64,000 bases of DNA from Octopus sinensis (Eukaryota): contig NC_042998.1 of NCBI RefSeq assembly GCF_006345805.1, positions 207,328,001 to 207,392,000 of the forward strand. The letters are read 5' to 3'. Made by a program: the position numbers and the translations under genes. Every line of letters begins with the position of its first letter. Position 1 is the stretch's first letter. Below are positions 1-11,853 of this stretch, in pieces. The notes under the pieces are model-generated. The model had not been told where the DNA came from, ran no database searches, and saw nothing but the letters and a program-made list of their open reading frames with translations.

Positions 1-219
1 TTTCCAGAGGTGAATTATTCAAACCCCAAAGAATCCCTCTCAACACATGGCTATGATGCCCCCCCCACTACTTCTGCTCGTGATCAGAGATGCACATATC
101 GTCAGCCACTAAGGGACATGCTCAACTGGTTAAGGTCAAACAACTGACAAGCAAATCTGTGGTATTGAGCAGAATATTTGCTGTAGCCCATCTTTTATAC
201 CAAGACAAAACAATGTACA

Positions 220-229
<10 letters not shown>
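1..229 (-). mobile_element. Partial copy of ~0.56-kb non-coding (TAA)n-associated retroposon family (runs off window edge)
   Basis: Near-identical to 274-830, 22600-23592 and 27950-28919; abuts (ATT)n. Confidence 0.75.
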
Positions 230-273
<44 letters not shown>

Positions 274-830
274 CATTGCGTAAGAGAAGAGTGCATGCCA
301 TCAAAATGACACTTGGGGTAAAATATACGAAGCCCAGTATACCCATCATGACTACCCGTCTGATAAGGGTACACCAGGCACATGCATCACAACCATTTGT
401 GCGAGACATGGTGATCTCATATCAAGATAAACAGCACATGACCTTGCAGGTGGGGCCCAGTTAGAACTTTCTTCTGGTAACCCATCCTGCTCAAAAGGTC
501 CCTGAATAAGGGTTGTTTAAGGATGTTGAAAGAACCACCCTTGTTTCCAGAGGTGAATTATCCAAACCCCAAAGAATCCCTCTCAACACATGGTTATGAT
601 ACTCCCCCACTACTTCTGCTCGTGGTCAGAGATGCACATATCATCAGCCACTAAGGAACATGCTCAACTGGTTAAGGTCAAACAACTGACAAGCAAATCT
701 GTGGTATTGAGCAGAATATTTGCTGTAGCCCATCTTTTATACCAAGACAAAACAATGTACATGATAACACTTCCAATCAGTTAAGATCAGAAGTCATGAG
801 AGCCACTGTCTGGTCCTGCATCAGGGCATT
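274..830 (-). mobile_element. Full-length copy of ~0.56-kb (TAA)n-associated non-coding retroposon
   Basis: Bounded by (ATT)n on both sides; minus-strand 5' aatgccctgatgcag, 3' end a degenerate form of gcatgcactgctctctcactc followed by (AAT)n; strand inferred from the truncation pattern. Confidence 0.75.
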
Positions 831-859
831 CATTATTATTATTATTATTATTAATGTTA

Positions 860-898
<39 letters not shown>

Positions 899-1015
899 TT
901 GTTCTTCTTCTTCTTCTTCTCTTCTTCTTCTTCTTCTTCTTTCTTCTTCTTCTTCTTCTTCTTCTTCTTCTTCTTCTTCTCTTCTTCTTCTTCTTCTCCT
1001 TCTTCTTCTTCTTAT
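831..1015. repeat. Compound microsatellite (ATT)/(GTT)/(CTT)n
   Basis: Direct reading. Confidence 0.95.
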
Positions 1016-1022
1016 CATGGTT

Positions 1023-1257
1023 AAGGCGGCGAGCTGGCAGAATCGTTAGCACACCAGGCCAAATGCTTAGCGGTAATTCGTCTGTTGCTACGTTTTAAGT
1101 TCAAATTACGCCAAGGTTGACTTTGCCTCTAATCCTTTGGGGGAGGGGGGGTCGATAAATTAAGTACCAGTTACATACTGGGGTCGATGTAATCGACTAA
1201 TCTCCTCCCTCCCAAATTTTCAGGGCCTTGTGCCTTTAGTAGAAAAGATTATTATTA
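1023..1257 (+). mobile_element. tRNA-derived SINE family 2 (ggcggcgagctggcagaa head)
   Basis: A-box-like gagctggcagaa, B-box gttcaaatt, central gtcgactttgcctttcatcctttcggggtcgataaattaagtaccag motif shared by many copies; (ATT)n tail. Confidence 0.8.
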
Positions 1258-1259
1258 TG

Positions 1260-1640
1260 GTATGTCTTAGGTTCTGTCTCATTCCTGGTAGTATTTATGT
1301 GGATAGCGGGTTACTACCTCTAACCGTAGGCATCCACAAACTTTCAGAAGTTTTTCAAGTGTTTAGAACCCTCCTGATGATACTTGCTATCCTTAAGAGA
1401 CAAACCTTCTGTAGGAGCTCAACTGGGCATTGTATTCCAATCTGCTTCAGTCATTTGTCTATATCTTGGCTTATTGTTCCCAACGCACCAAGTATAGGCA
1501 CCACCTTTACCATTCGCATGCTCCAAATTCTTCCTATTTCAAATTCTAAGGGGTTGCAATTTTGTTTTTGTTTTCTTCCCCTTCCTTTACGATCCTGGAA
1601 TCAAACGGGCATGATGGGTCGATAAGTAAGCAACTTCGCT
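1260..1640 (-). mobile_element. R4/Dong-like non-LTR retrotransposon 3' fragment (RLE C-terminus plus 3' UTR)
   Basis: Minus-strand reading IGRIWSMRMVKVVPI-GALGTISQDIDK..VELLQKVCLL..IIRRVLNT*; 3' end abuts (AAT)n. Confidence 0.7.
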
Positions 1641-1644
1641 ATTC

Positions 1645-2010
1645 CTTGGCACGATCAGTTTGTAAAAGTTTTACACTGGAAACTGTGCCAGAAATGGAGA
1701 TTTGAAGCCGGAAACATGGTTCAATCATCGAGTCCAAAGAATACAGGAATCGGAGAAATATAAGATTTTGTGGGACTTTCCTATTCAAACCGACAAGAAG
1801 ATAGAAAATAATAGACCAGACAAGTCAGTTATAGATATAAAAGCGAATTTGGTGACTTATCGACCCATCATGTCCATTTGATTTCAGGATCGTAAAGAAA
1901 GAGGAAGAAAATTCTAATCTCTTAAAATTTGAAATAGGGAGAATTTGGAGCATGTGAATAGTAAAGGTTGTGCCTATAATAATTGGTGCGTTGGAGAGAG
2001 TAAGTATATG
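1645..2010 (+). mobile_element. R4/Dong-like RLE-domain fragment (degenerate)
   Basis: RHDQFVKVLHWKLCQKW...KILWDFPIQTDKKIENNRPD...KVVPIIIGAL, with frameshifts and stops. Confidence 0.75.
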
Positions 2011-2221
2011 ATTAATCGAAAAATCAATCAGCTAGAATATTGCCAAATATTACTCAAGTATACACACACACAAAGAAGAAGACATCACAAACGCACACAC
2101 AAAAACACACACATACACTCAGATACACACATATAAAAGAAAACACCACAAAAAACACACATACACACGGCTGGTGACGAAACACATACACACAGGTGGA
2201 GACACTCAAAGGAATACATCT

Positions 2222-2632
2222 AGGAGTGGCTGTGTGGTAAGTAGCTTGCTAACCAGCCACATGGTTCCGGGTTCAGTCCCACTGCATGGCACCTTGGGCA
2301 AGTGTCTTCTGCTATAGCCACGGGCCGACCAATGCCTTGTGAGTGGATTTGGTAGACGGAAACTGAAAGAAGCCTGTCGTATATATGTATATATATATAT
2401 GTATGTATGTGTGTGTGTTTGTGTGTCTGTGTTTGTTCCCCTAGCATTGCTTGACAACCGATGCTGGTGTGTTTACGTCCTCGTCACTTGGCGGTTCGGC
2501 AAAAAGAGACCGATAGAATAAGTACTGGGCTTACAAAAAGAATAAGTCCCGGGGTCGAGTTGCTCGATTAATGGCGGTGCTCCAGCATGGCCACAGTCAA
2601 ATAACTGAAACAAGTAAAAGAGTAAAAGAGTA
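2222..2632 (+). mobile_element. tRNA-derived SINE family 1 (ggagtggctgtgtggtaag head, internal TA/TG microsatellite, aaggcggtgctccagcatggcc tail)
   Basis: A box tggctgtgtgg, B box gggttcagtcc; many copies in the window. Confidence 0.85.
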
Positions 2633-2734
2633 TATATATATATATACATGTATATATTAATAAGAGAAGGCGGATTGGACATACTTCGTAACATCACAAC
2701 AATTGTGTCAACACATCATTACCAAATGTTCATT

Positions 2735-2992
2735 CTGTTCCTGTTCCTTCTCGAGCCATGCCAGGCTCATAAGGGCCGGTTTCCCGGTTTCAGTGGCGTA
2801 GAAATTCCCCACCTGGACGGGACGCCGATCTGTCGCAGCGTTACTCATTTTTGCCAGCTGAGAGGACTGGAGCAACGTGAAAACGAAGTGTTTTGCTCAA
2901 GAACACAACGCATCGCCCAGTCCAAGAATCGAAACCACAACCTTACGATCATGAGTTCGACACCCTAACCACTAAGCCACGCGCCTCCACAA
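2735..2992 (-). mobile_element. tRNA-derived SINE with V-domain-like core
   Basis: Minus strand ggaggcgcgtggcttagtggttagg..tttcgattc..gtgttcttgagcaaaacactt..ggcgtcccgtccaggtggg. Confidence 0.6.
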
Positions 2993-3039
2993 ATGTTAAT
3001 TGCTTCATCATAAATAACACGGCGTCAATTAATATTTAT

Positions 3040-3200
3040 TTCCTTATTGCTCACAGGGGGCTAAACATAGAGGGGACAAACAAAGACAGACAAAAGGCTT
3101 CAGTTGATTACATCGACCCCAGTGCGTAACTGGTACTTATTTAATCGACCCCGGAAGGATAAAAGGCGAAGTCGACCTCGGCGGAGTTTGAACTCAGAAT
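3040..3200 (-). mobile_element. SINE family 2, 3' portion
   Basis: Matches family 2 tail. Confidence 0.75.
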
Positions 3201-4088
3201 ATTAAACAGGAATAGTGACATATGTATCTATTGTTTCAGAGGTCATATTATATAAATGTAAAGTATAGAAGCCATCTTATCATGGCTAACCACATTGGGG
3301 AGGGGGTGTTACTGTAGCTTTATAGCCGCAAGAGATCGTCGTCTCCAGCTGGCTTTAGACACCATTTCAGTGCCCTTGAAGTATTTGCAAAGGGAGGCCA
3401 TCCCTTCCTCGCAAGCCTGAGTGATACGCTCGGACTAGTTTCGGGATTTTTGTCCCTTGTCAACGGGCGGTAACCACCAGGTCGCGATGAAAGTGAAGGC
3501 TGCCTTGCAAATATATAAGAGTTTTTCTAGTGACGTCTGCCACTGATTTCGAAAAACTGACAGTAAGCATTATTAAATCTCAGAATGAGATTGAAACAGT
3601 AATCGCTCGATATTAAATAAATGTTTTCTGAATAAGGCATTAAAGTCCCTTCTTTACGTTGTTAAATTATGAGACAATGATAATGAACACTGAAGACCCC
3701 TTAAAGAAAAATATTGTCTTAAAAAACTCAGGGCGGCAGAAATAAATTAAAGATAGCATCAAAGTTCATGATCCTTTGGAGGCATAATTCTAGGTGGCAT
3801 CAGCGCAGTATCTGCGTAGATCAAAAACCAATAATACATAGAACAAATTTTCGATATTACACCTCCATCAAACTTTATCTCATTCTTTTGAAATTAAATG
3901 CATACGTCAATATACCTGAGGTTTTCTTTAGTGACGTAAGAAGGAAATACTTCCGGTTCGTTTTCTCACAAATATATCATTATTAAAGTACATTTGAACT
4001 CTATACACTTGAACTCTATATCACTGTACAGTTAGACTGCACAAACTGTAAAGTACATTCATGTTCCATACACTGTAAAACACATTTA

Positions 4089-4600
4089 CAGTAATCCCTC
4101 GACTATCGCGGGTATTAAGTTCCACAACCCCGCGATAGGTGAAAATCCGCTTAGTAGGAAAAGTACTGTACTGTACTGTATATTTTTTGTGCATTATTTC
4201 TATATTATTTCTATAATCAAAATCAAATCGAATCACAACCAAATGAAAATTGTAGTTGTGATTCCTGTGTCAGTGGCGCGTAAAAAGCACCATTCGAACG
4301 TGGCCGATGCCAGCCCGCTCTGGCCCCTGTGCCGGTGGCACGTAAAAAAGCACTCACTACACTCTCGGAGCGGTGGGCGTTAGGAAGAGCATCCAGGTGT
4401 AGAAACACAGCCAGATCGGATTGCAGCCTGGTGCAGTCTCCTGGCTTCCGAGACACCAGTCGAACCGTCCAACCCATGCCGGCTTGGAAAACGGACGTTA
4501 AACGATGATGATGATGATGATGATTTGTATATATTTATTTTATTATAAATGCAAAACAACAGCAATCGGTGACCCGTGATACGGCAATGGATTGCTGTAT
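4089..4600 (+). mobile_element. pogo/Tigger-like MITE relic interrupted by a SINE
   Basis: TA|CAGTAATCCCTCG terminus; the matching opposite terminus type cgagggattactg|TA occurs near 61280-61292. Confidence 0.45.
4265..4522 (+). mobile_element. SINE 3' part with RTE-type tail (ggacgttaaac(GAT)n)
   Basis: tggcacgtaaaaaagcac..ggcgttaggaagagcatccag..acggacgttaaacgatgatgat. Confidence 0.6.
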
Positions 4601-4668
4601 GTTCTACACGCTGTAAAATATATTTGTATCGCTATACACAGGGAAGTACGTTTAGATTGTATGTACTA

Positions 4669-5062
4669 CTAGCAGTATCGCCCGGCGTTGCTCGGGTTTG
4701 TAAGGGAAATAACTATACAGCATTTTTAGAGAGTTATAGCCAAAAAATAGCAAAAAAATGCATTAAAAATGAAAAAAATATGATGGTAAATTTTTTTTTA
4801 AATCGTTGACTCTTCGTAGACATTTTTAGAGAGTTACTTCCCTTTAAAAAAATATGCATGAAAATGGAAAAAAATTATGGTAAATTATTTTTTAAATCGT
4901 AGACTCATCGTAGACGCACGCTAATACCCAGAAGGGCTCGATATGAATCACGACTATAAGATACCCGGTTTTGGTTAAACTGCACCACAAAATGTGGGAG
5001 TAGTTAGGAATCTAAATCGAAGGGGACAGACACTCACACAACTAGAGTTTTATATATATAGA
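4669..5062 (-). mobile_element. Non-autonomous Helitron, subfamily A (~395 bp)
   Basis: Minus-strand 5' TC, 3' hairpin cccgagcaacgccggg then CTAG, inserted at A|T. Confidence 0.85.
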
Positions 5063-5244
5063 TTACTGGGATCAATCTGTTGGAGGAAACCCGTCAAAGC
5101 ATTGCCCCAGCATGACCGCAGTCCTACGATTGAAACAAGTGAAGGGATAAAAGATAAAATAATAAAAAGATATGTATTTCGCTGTATTAGCTTATCTGTG
5201 TGTGTTCGTGCGCGCGCATGTATACAGCACATACATAATATATA

Positions 5245-5590
5245 GGCGCAGGCGTGGCTATGTGGTAACAAGCTTGCTTGGTTCTGGGTTCAGTCCCACT
5301 GCGTGACACCTTGGGCATATGTCTTCTACTGTAGCCACGGGCTAACCAAAGCCTTGTGAGTGGATTTGGTAGACGGAAACTGAAAGAAGCCCGCCGTATA
5401 AATATATATATATACATCGCTTGACAACCGACGTTCGTGTGTTTACGTCCCCGTAACTTAGGGGTTCGGCAAAAGAGACCAATAAGTACAAGGCTTACAA
5501 AGAATAAGTCCTGGGGTCGAACTGTTCGACTAAAGGCGGTGCTCCAGCATGGCCGCAGTCAATTGACTGAAACAAGTAAAAGAATAAAAG
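5245..5590 (+). mobile_element. SINE family 1
   Basis: Head plus tail match. Confidence 0.8.
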
Positions 5591-5591
5591 A

Positions 5592-5627
<36 letters not shown>

Positions 5628-6007
5628 ATGTTCCTCAGCCTATGTATATATGTCTTTCTGTCTCTGTCTCTGAGTGTATGCATGCATGTATGTATGTGTG
5701 AGTATGTGTGTATGTGTGTGTGTGCATATATGCCTTAGTGAGTGTGGATGTGTGGATCTGTGTGTTTATGCGTATGTGTTTGTGTGTGAATGTGTGTGTA
5801 TATGTGTAAGTGTATATGTGTATATGTTTGACTGCATGTGCGTGTGTGTGTGTGTGAGTGTGTGTGTGTGCGTGTGTGCCTGTGTGTACGTGCGTGTGTG
5901 CGTGTGTGTACGTGTGTGTGTGCGTGTGTGTGCGTGTGTGCGTGTGTGTGCGTGTGTGTGCGTGTGTGTGCGTGTGTGTGTACGTGTGTGTGCGCGTGTG
6001 TGTGTGT
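5591..6007. repeat. (TG)n-rich compound microsatellite
   Basis: Direct reading. Confidence 0.95.
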
Positions 6008-6467
6008 AGGAGAGAACCGCGAGGATGAAGTGAGTGTGACTGAAATAGAAAACCGAAGACGATGAAAGAGAACCAGGAAGTGAGGAATCTTTGATTTCCG
6101 ACAACGGCAAATCCTTGAAAGATTCTCTACAAATCCAAGAACTAATAACAACAGTGATGGGTATGTTCTTTAAATAAGCCTAAATAGAAATGAGGATTTA
6201 GAAAATTGTAATTGAAGGAGAGAGGAAATACTGGCAGACGACAAAAGAATTGGAAGAAAGAAGTGAATAAATGTTTAAAGAAGAAAAAAAGAATGAAAGG
6301 AATAATAAATGTGGAAGGAAAAAATAGATACAAAGAAAGAAGGAGAGGAAGAAAGAAAGAAAGAGAAGAGAAGAGAAGAGGTGGTTAAGAAAATTATAGA
6401 GAAAGAAATAAGTTATTTTTATGTGTGTATGTACATATACACACATGTATATATATATATAAGAGAA

Positions 6468-6694
6468 AGGCGGTGAGCTGGCAGAACTGTTAGCACGCCG
6501 GACGAAATGCTTAGCAGTATTTCGTCTGCCGTTACGTTCTGAGTTCAAATTCCACCGAGGCCGACTTTGCCTTTCATCCTTTCGGGGTCGATAAATAAAG
6601 TACCAGTTACGCACTGGGGTCGATGTAACCGACTTAATCCCTTTGTCTGTCCTTGTTTGTCCCCTCTGTATTCAGCCCCTTGTGGGCAATAAAG

Positions 6695-6697
<3 letters not shown>
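6468..6697 (+). mobile_element. SINE family 2, full length
   Basis: Head to aaagaaata tail, followed by (TA)n. Confidence 0.85.
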
Positions 6698-6751
<54 letters not shown>

Positions 6752-7551
6752 AGAGGAGAAGGCGAGGACAAAGAAGAGAAGTAAGTCGATGAGGAGGGAG
6801 GAGGTGGAGGAGGAGGAGGAGAACAAAAAGAGGATGAGGAGGTAGACGAATATGAAGAAATAGGCTGACGAAGAGGAGGAAGTGGGGGTGAGTAAGAAGC
6901 ATGGCGTGGAAGGGAAGGAAGAGGAAGAAGAAGAAAAAGAAGAAGGAAAATGAAGGGAAGGAAGAGGAGGGAGAAGGAAAGTAAGAAGAGGACAGGAAGG
7001 AAGAGGAGTAGAAGAAGAAGAATGACAAAGACAAGAAGAAAAAACGTGATAAATCATCGAAGTTAGAGAAAAAGAAAAAAGAATCAAGGGTACGTTTAAT
7101 GAAATATGTAAATGAAATTAAGAACGAAAAAAAGAATGAAATGATTAAATAATTGAATAAAGATGATTAATAATGTAAAAGGTAAATAACTTCTAGCAAA
7201 AAATAGCTTCCAAATGCGAGTATCAAGCGTTATATGTCGTCCATAATATTGTCAACCATGTTTGTGGTTTGTTTGTTTGTTAAGGATGTTGGCAGGCAGA
7301 ACAAGTATTGTTATATCTCTGCTGTTGTTTTGTAGCTTTTAACGAAATGGAAATTAAATATGAGAAGAAAATGAAGAAAACAATTGAATAAACTAAAGAG
7401 GAAAGAGAATAATAATAATGATGATGGTAATAGTAAAAGAAAGACTATTTATTATGAAGAGGAAAGAATTTATAGAAAGAACGAAATTTATTGTGACGAG
7501 AAAATCACGTAAACGGAAATATAGAGAAAAGATGGCGATTGGCAATCATTC

Positions 7552-7742
<191 letters not shown>

Positions 7743-8206
7743 TAATCCTAGAATATATTTGAAATGTGAGGAAGTGTTTTCTCAGTTGATTAATAATAAT
7801 GATAAATGTCTACGCGAAGGAAGTCCTCTTCACGGCCGTTCACCCTGCTAGAAATAACAGTCACATCTTTATAATGTCAACAGAAGAATCGTTTCCAAAT
7901 TAATTAATTATTGATAAACTAATCAGTGTATATTTGTAATAGGAATGCACTATAAAGGCACTTCTGAATCAAATCGTGTCCCTAGAGAAATCAGAAGGAC
8001 GCCATGTTGGCATTTACCTCGTTTCTGTGCTTATAGAAGCGTGGCGCGGGTGTGGCTGTGTGCTGTGAAACTTGCTTTAGTCCAATAAAATCAACTCCTC
8101 TACATATTTTATTAAGCCTGATAATTATTCTATCGATCTCTTTTGCCGAACCGCTAGCATACTGGGACGTAAACACCGGTTGCCAAGCGATGGTGGGGGA
8201 TAGACG

Positions 8207-8255
<49 letters not shown>

Positions 8256-8407
8256 ACACACACACACACATATATTAAGGGCGTTACTATACATTAAAGC
8301 CTCACGCTAGGAGTGACCCTTAAAGTCAAAAACTACCATAATAAACGCATTGTAACGAGCGCGAGGGAATGCAAGTCTGGAAGCGAGCCTTGTAAAACCA
8401 GATTCAG

Positions 8408-8467
8408 TTGCAGATCATATGATTTCATAATTAGTGCACATAATGCACTTTTTAATCGTCAGTGCAA
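8408..8467 (-). ncRNA. Type I hammerhead ribozyme (H1 copy 1)
   Basis: Minus strand ttgca-CTGACGA-ttaaaaagtgcattatgtgcactaattat-GAAA-tc atat ga-TC|tgcaa; intact core. Confidence 0.8.
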
Positions 8468-9001
8468 ACATAATCAAGACATATAAAAATGAACAAAAAA
8501 TCAACACACGAGACGAACACCACATGTATCCAGCAGAGTACATAGAATTGTTCACACTTATATATCTATGTAAGAGGAGGGTATTTCGAATTGCATCTCG
8601 ACACAAGTGTTTATTCAGAATAAAATTTAGCACTGAATATATTCCGGTTAAAATTACAATTTAAAAATAGGATAAAATCTTTATAAGAATTTATCAAGTA
8701 GTTAGCGTGAAAAACCTCATAAGAGAAAAATTCATTAATTATTTAAATATATTTATTTATATTAAGGGCATTACTGTACATAAATGCCTATTTTATCGTA
8801 TTTTTAAATTGTAATTTTAACCGGAATATATTCAGTACTGAATTTTATTCTGAATAAACACGTGTACCGAGATGCAATTCGAAAAGCCCTCCTCTTACAT
8901 AGATATATAAGTGTGAACAACTCTATGTACTCTGCTGGATACATGTGGTGTTCGTCTGGTATGTTGATTTTTTTGTTCATTCGTATGTGTCTTGATTATG
9001 T

Positions 9002-9061
9002 TTGCACTGACGATTAAAAAGTGCATAACGTGCACTAATTATGAAATCATATGATCTGCAG
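9002..9061 (+). ncRNA. Type I hammerhead ribozyme (H1 copy 2)
   Basis: ttgca-CTGACGA-ttaaaaagtgcataacgtgcactaattat-GAAA-tc atat ga-TC|tgcag; predicted cleavage after 9056. Confidence 0.8.
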
Positions 9062-9304
9062 CTGAATCTGTTTCTAAAAGGCGTGCTTCGAGAGTTGCAT
9101 TCCCTCGCGTTCGGTGCAATGTGTTTATTATGGTAGTTTTTTTTACTTTAAGAGTCCATCCTAGCATGAGGCATTTGTGTATACTAATGCCCTTAATATA
9201 AATATAAATATATTTAAATGGAATGATCAATAAATTTTTCCCTTATGAGGTTTTTCACGCTAACCACTTGATAATTTCTTATAAAGATTTTATCCTATTT
9301 TAAA

Positions 9305-9359
<55 letters not shown>

Positions 9360-9909
9360 AGGCGTGGTTGTGTGATAAGAAGCTTACTTCCCAACCACAT
9401 GACTTCATGGGAAACTGAAAGAAGGAAACTGAAAGAAGCCCATCGTAGAGATATGTATATATATATATATATATTGTAAAAAAGAAGTTTGAAAACGCCA
9501 CTATATTAGATAAATTTTAATTTTCTTATGAATTTTACATGTTTCGGTTCTTGAAAAAACGAACCTTATCAAAAATATTATAGAAAGAAAAGTGCAATAG
9601 AAAAGTTCATAATTGTTTCTTACTGGTCTCAATAGAATCCATGTGGTGGTGTTTTGTCGGTATTTGGTATAATCGCTATATTATAGTTGCGTGTAGTAAA
9701 GAAGTTCATTATTGTTTCTTGCTGGTATCAAAAGGAACCGTGTGCTTGTTTTTTTGTTTCCTTGTATTCCAATGGAATGGTAGCATATATATATATATAT
9801 ATATACATCAATGAAATTCCGACCTAGTCTGAGTTTCACGCTTTATTATTTACAAATTTTACAATTTACCGTTATCATAATAATAGAATATTATATATTT
9901 ATTGCGATA

Positions 9910-9947
9910 AAGCTAGTTCTTTGATGCGTTACACAATCATCAGGCTT
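9910..9947 (-). ncRNA. Minimal hammerhead motif in inverted pLTR (core G12 to C, probably inactive)
   Basis: aagc-CTGATGA-ttgtgtaacgcat-cAAA-gaac-TA|gctt. Confidence 0.55.
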
Positions 9948-10529
9948 CTGTAGTATTAGTGACAGTCGTGTTCCACGCCTGACAGAACTCAAAGAATTTC
10001 TACTCAAACAAAAATACCCGTCTCTACTTATAGAAAATGGTATACAACGTAATATAGAAATACCGATACAACAACTTAGGGCAACCCAAGAAAGAGGAAG
10101 ACAAGAACGGGTCATGCCATCTATAGTGATACACAATCCGCATCACCAAATTATCTTTAGCATTGCCAAAGCCAACTTGCCGATCATTTCTCAGAGTAAT
10201 GGTTTAAAGGATATAAAAACGGATTGAGCTATGGCTCTAAGTAAAAGACCGCCATAAAACCTGAAACAATTATTAACGAATGCAAAGCTTGACCTAAGCA
10301 ACAGTAATGAATCATTCGTTATATCTAAATGTAGAAATAGCAGTCACATCTTTATAATGTAAACAGAAGAATCATTTCCAAATTAATTAATTATTGATAG
10401 ACTAATCAGCGTACATTTGTAATAGGAATGTACTATAAGGCACTTCTTAATTAAATTGTGTCCACAAAGAAATCAGAAAGACGTCAGCATATGAACGCAA
10501 AAACCTGAAGAATATTTGCAAATGTAAAT

Positions 10530-10754
10530 ATGAACTTTAAAAGCAGAAATTCAATTTACTGCGTCAAATGCCCGAATTGTGAAACGGTGTACGTTGGTCA
10601 GACTGAGAATGCATTATCGCAACGTTCACGTCTGTTCCGACAGCGTATTAGGGACCCTGATATCCGTCAGATACCTTTAAGTAACCATGTAGCAACACGT
10701 GGCCAGAAAAAGTTTACAATATTGCCATTGTACAAAGCATACAACTCAAGTTAA
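10530..10754 (+). pseudogene. GIY-YIG endonuclease remnant of Penelope-like element
   Basis: NSIYCVKCPNCETVYVGQTENALSQR..H, the PLE GIY-YIG pattern. Confidence 0.8.
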
Positions 10755-10813
10755 GTCGAGAGAATAGTCAGAGAGAAGAATTTTATTGATTAATTTAAAA
10801 TCATTTTAAATCG

Positions 10814-10927
<114 letters not shown>

Positions 10928-10949
10928 TAATAATAATAATAATAATAAT

Positions 10950-10995
<46 letters not shown>

Positions 10996-11020
10996 TAATA
11001 ATAATGATAATAATAATGAT

Positions 11021-11288
11021 AGCTTGGGAAGTTAAGCAATTGTGGTCAATGAAAAAGGTAGCAGTAGTACCAATAATTGTCGCAGCCCTGGGAACAGTGA
11101 GCAAAAATCTCGAGAAGTACGTGGAACAAATAGGGGCTGCAATAAGGGTGGAGCACTTGCAGAAAACAGCACTGCTTGGAAGCGCTCGAATACTCCGGAA
11201 GGTATTCGAAAAATAAGAGGTGTTACCTCTGTGGTAGTGAACAGATGACATCGTAGTACATCTCTAGCGTTAGAAGCTGTGCAAAAGC
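11021..11288 (+). mobile_element. R4/Dong-like LINE 3' end inserted in (TAA)n
   Basis: AWEVKQLWSMKKVAVVPIIVAALGTVSKNLEKY..LQKTALLGSARILRKVFEK*; 3' UTR ends gctgtgcaaaagc then a degenerate AAT repeat. Confidence 0.8.
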
Positions 11289-11853
11289 AATGATGATAAT
11301 AATAGTTATAGTAACGGCGATAGTTGTAATGATGATAATAATAATTATAAGTACTACTGCTATTATAGCTACTACTACAACTACCATCACCACTAACAAC
11401 CACGATAATAAAGGTGATGATGGTGGTGGTGATGTTAATCATATTAACATTGACTTGATTGAAATGTAAAGCTTCTAAGAAATTGTAGAAATAGTAGCAA
11501 TAAAATGCAAAGAAAACAGGAATGTTGTTTATAACACTCCTAAATATAGCCAAACAATTATTTCTTTAGGTGCCGTGAAAGTAAAGAATCCTTGAAGTGC
11601 CTACCAAACCGTGACGTCTAAACCGCACACAAATATTTCGTTGAAAAAACAAAACAAAAAATAAACAAAAAAAAACGGGATAAGTACTAACCAAGTTGGC
11701 GCATCCACCAAACCGTGATATGTAAGCCACATACTGATTGGCCAAAATATAATTCGTAAGATTCAACCTCTGGAGCCTATCGGAAGGTATTTAAAGAAGA
11801 AATTTAATATTTTCACTCCAGTTGTCAATTGTAGAAGACGACTGTCATTATAT

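Larger units (their letters stand above)
8271..9310. mobile_element. ~487-bp hammerhead-bearing repeat, tandem plus inverted (retrozyme / Penelope pLTR-like), family H1
   Basis: Unit restarts at 8758 (tatattaagggc); 8790-9190 is the reverse complement of 8271-8678; flanked by (CA)n and (TA)n. Confidence 0.75.

Noticed and set aside
7855-8000. Segment shared with 10340-10485 inside the Penelope ORF
   Set aside because: Most likely a fragment of another dispersed repeat inserted twice; no further structure
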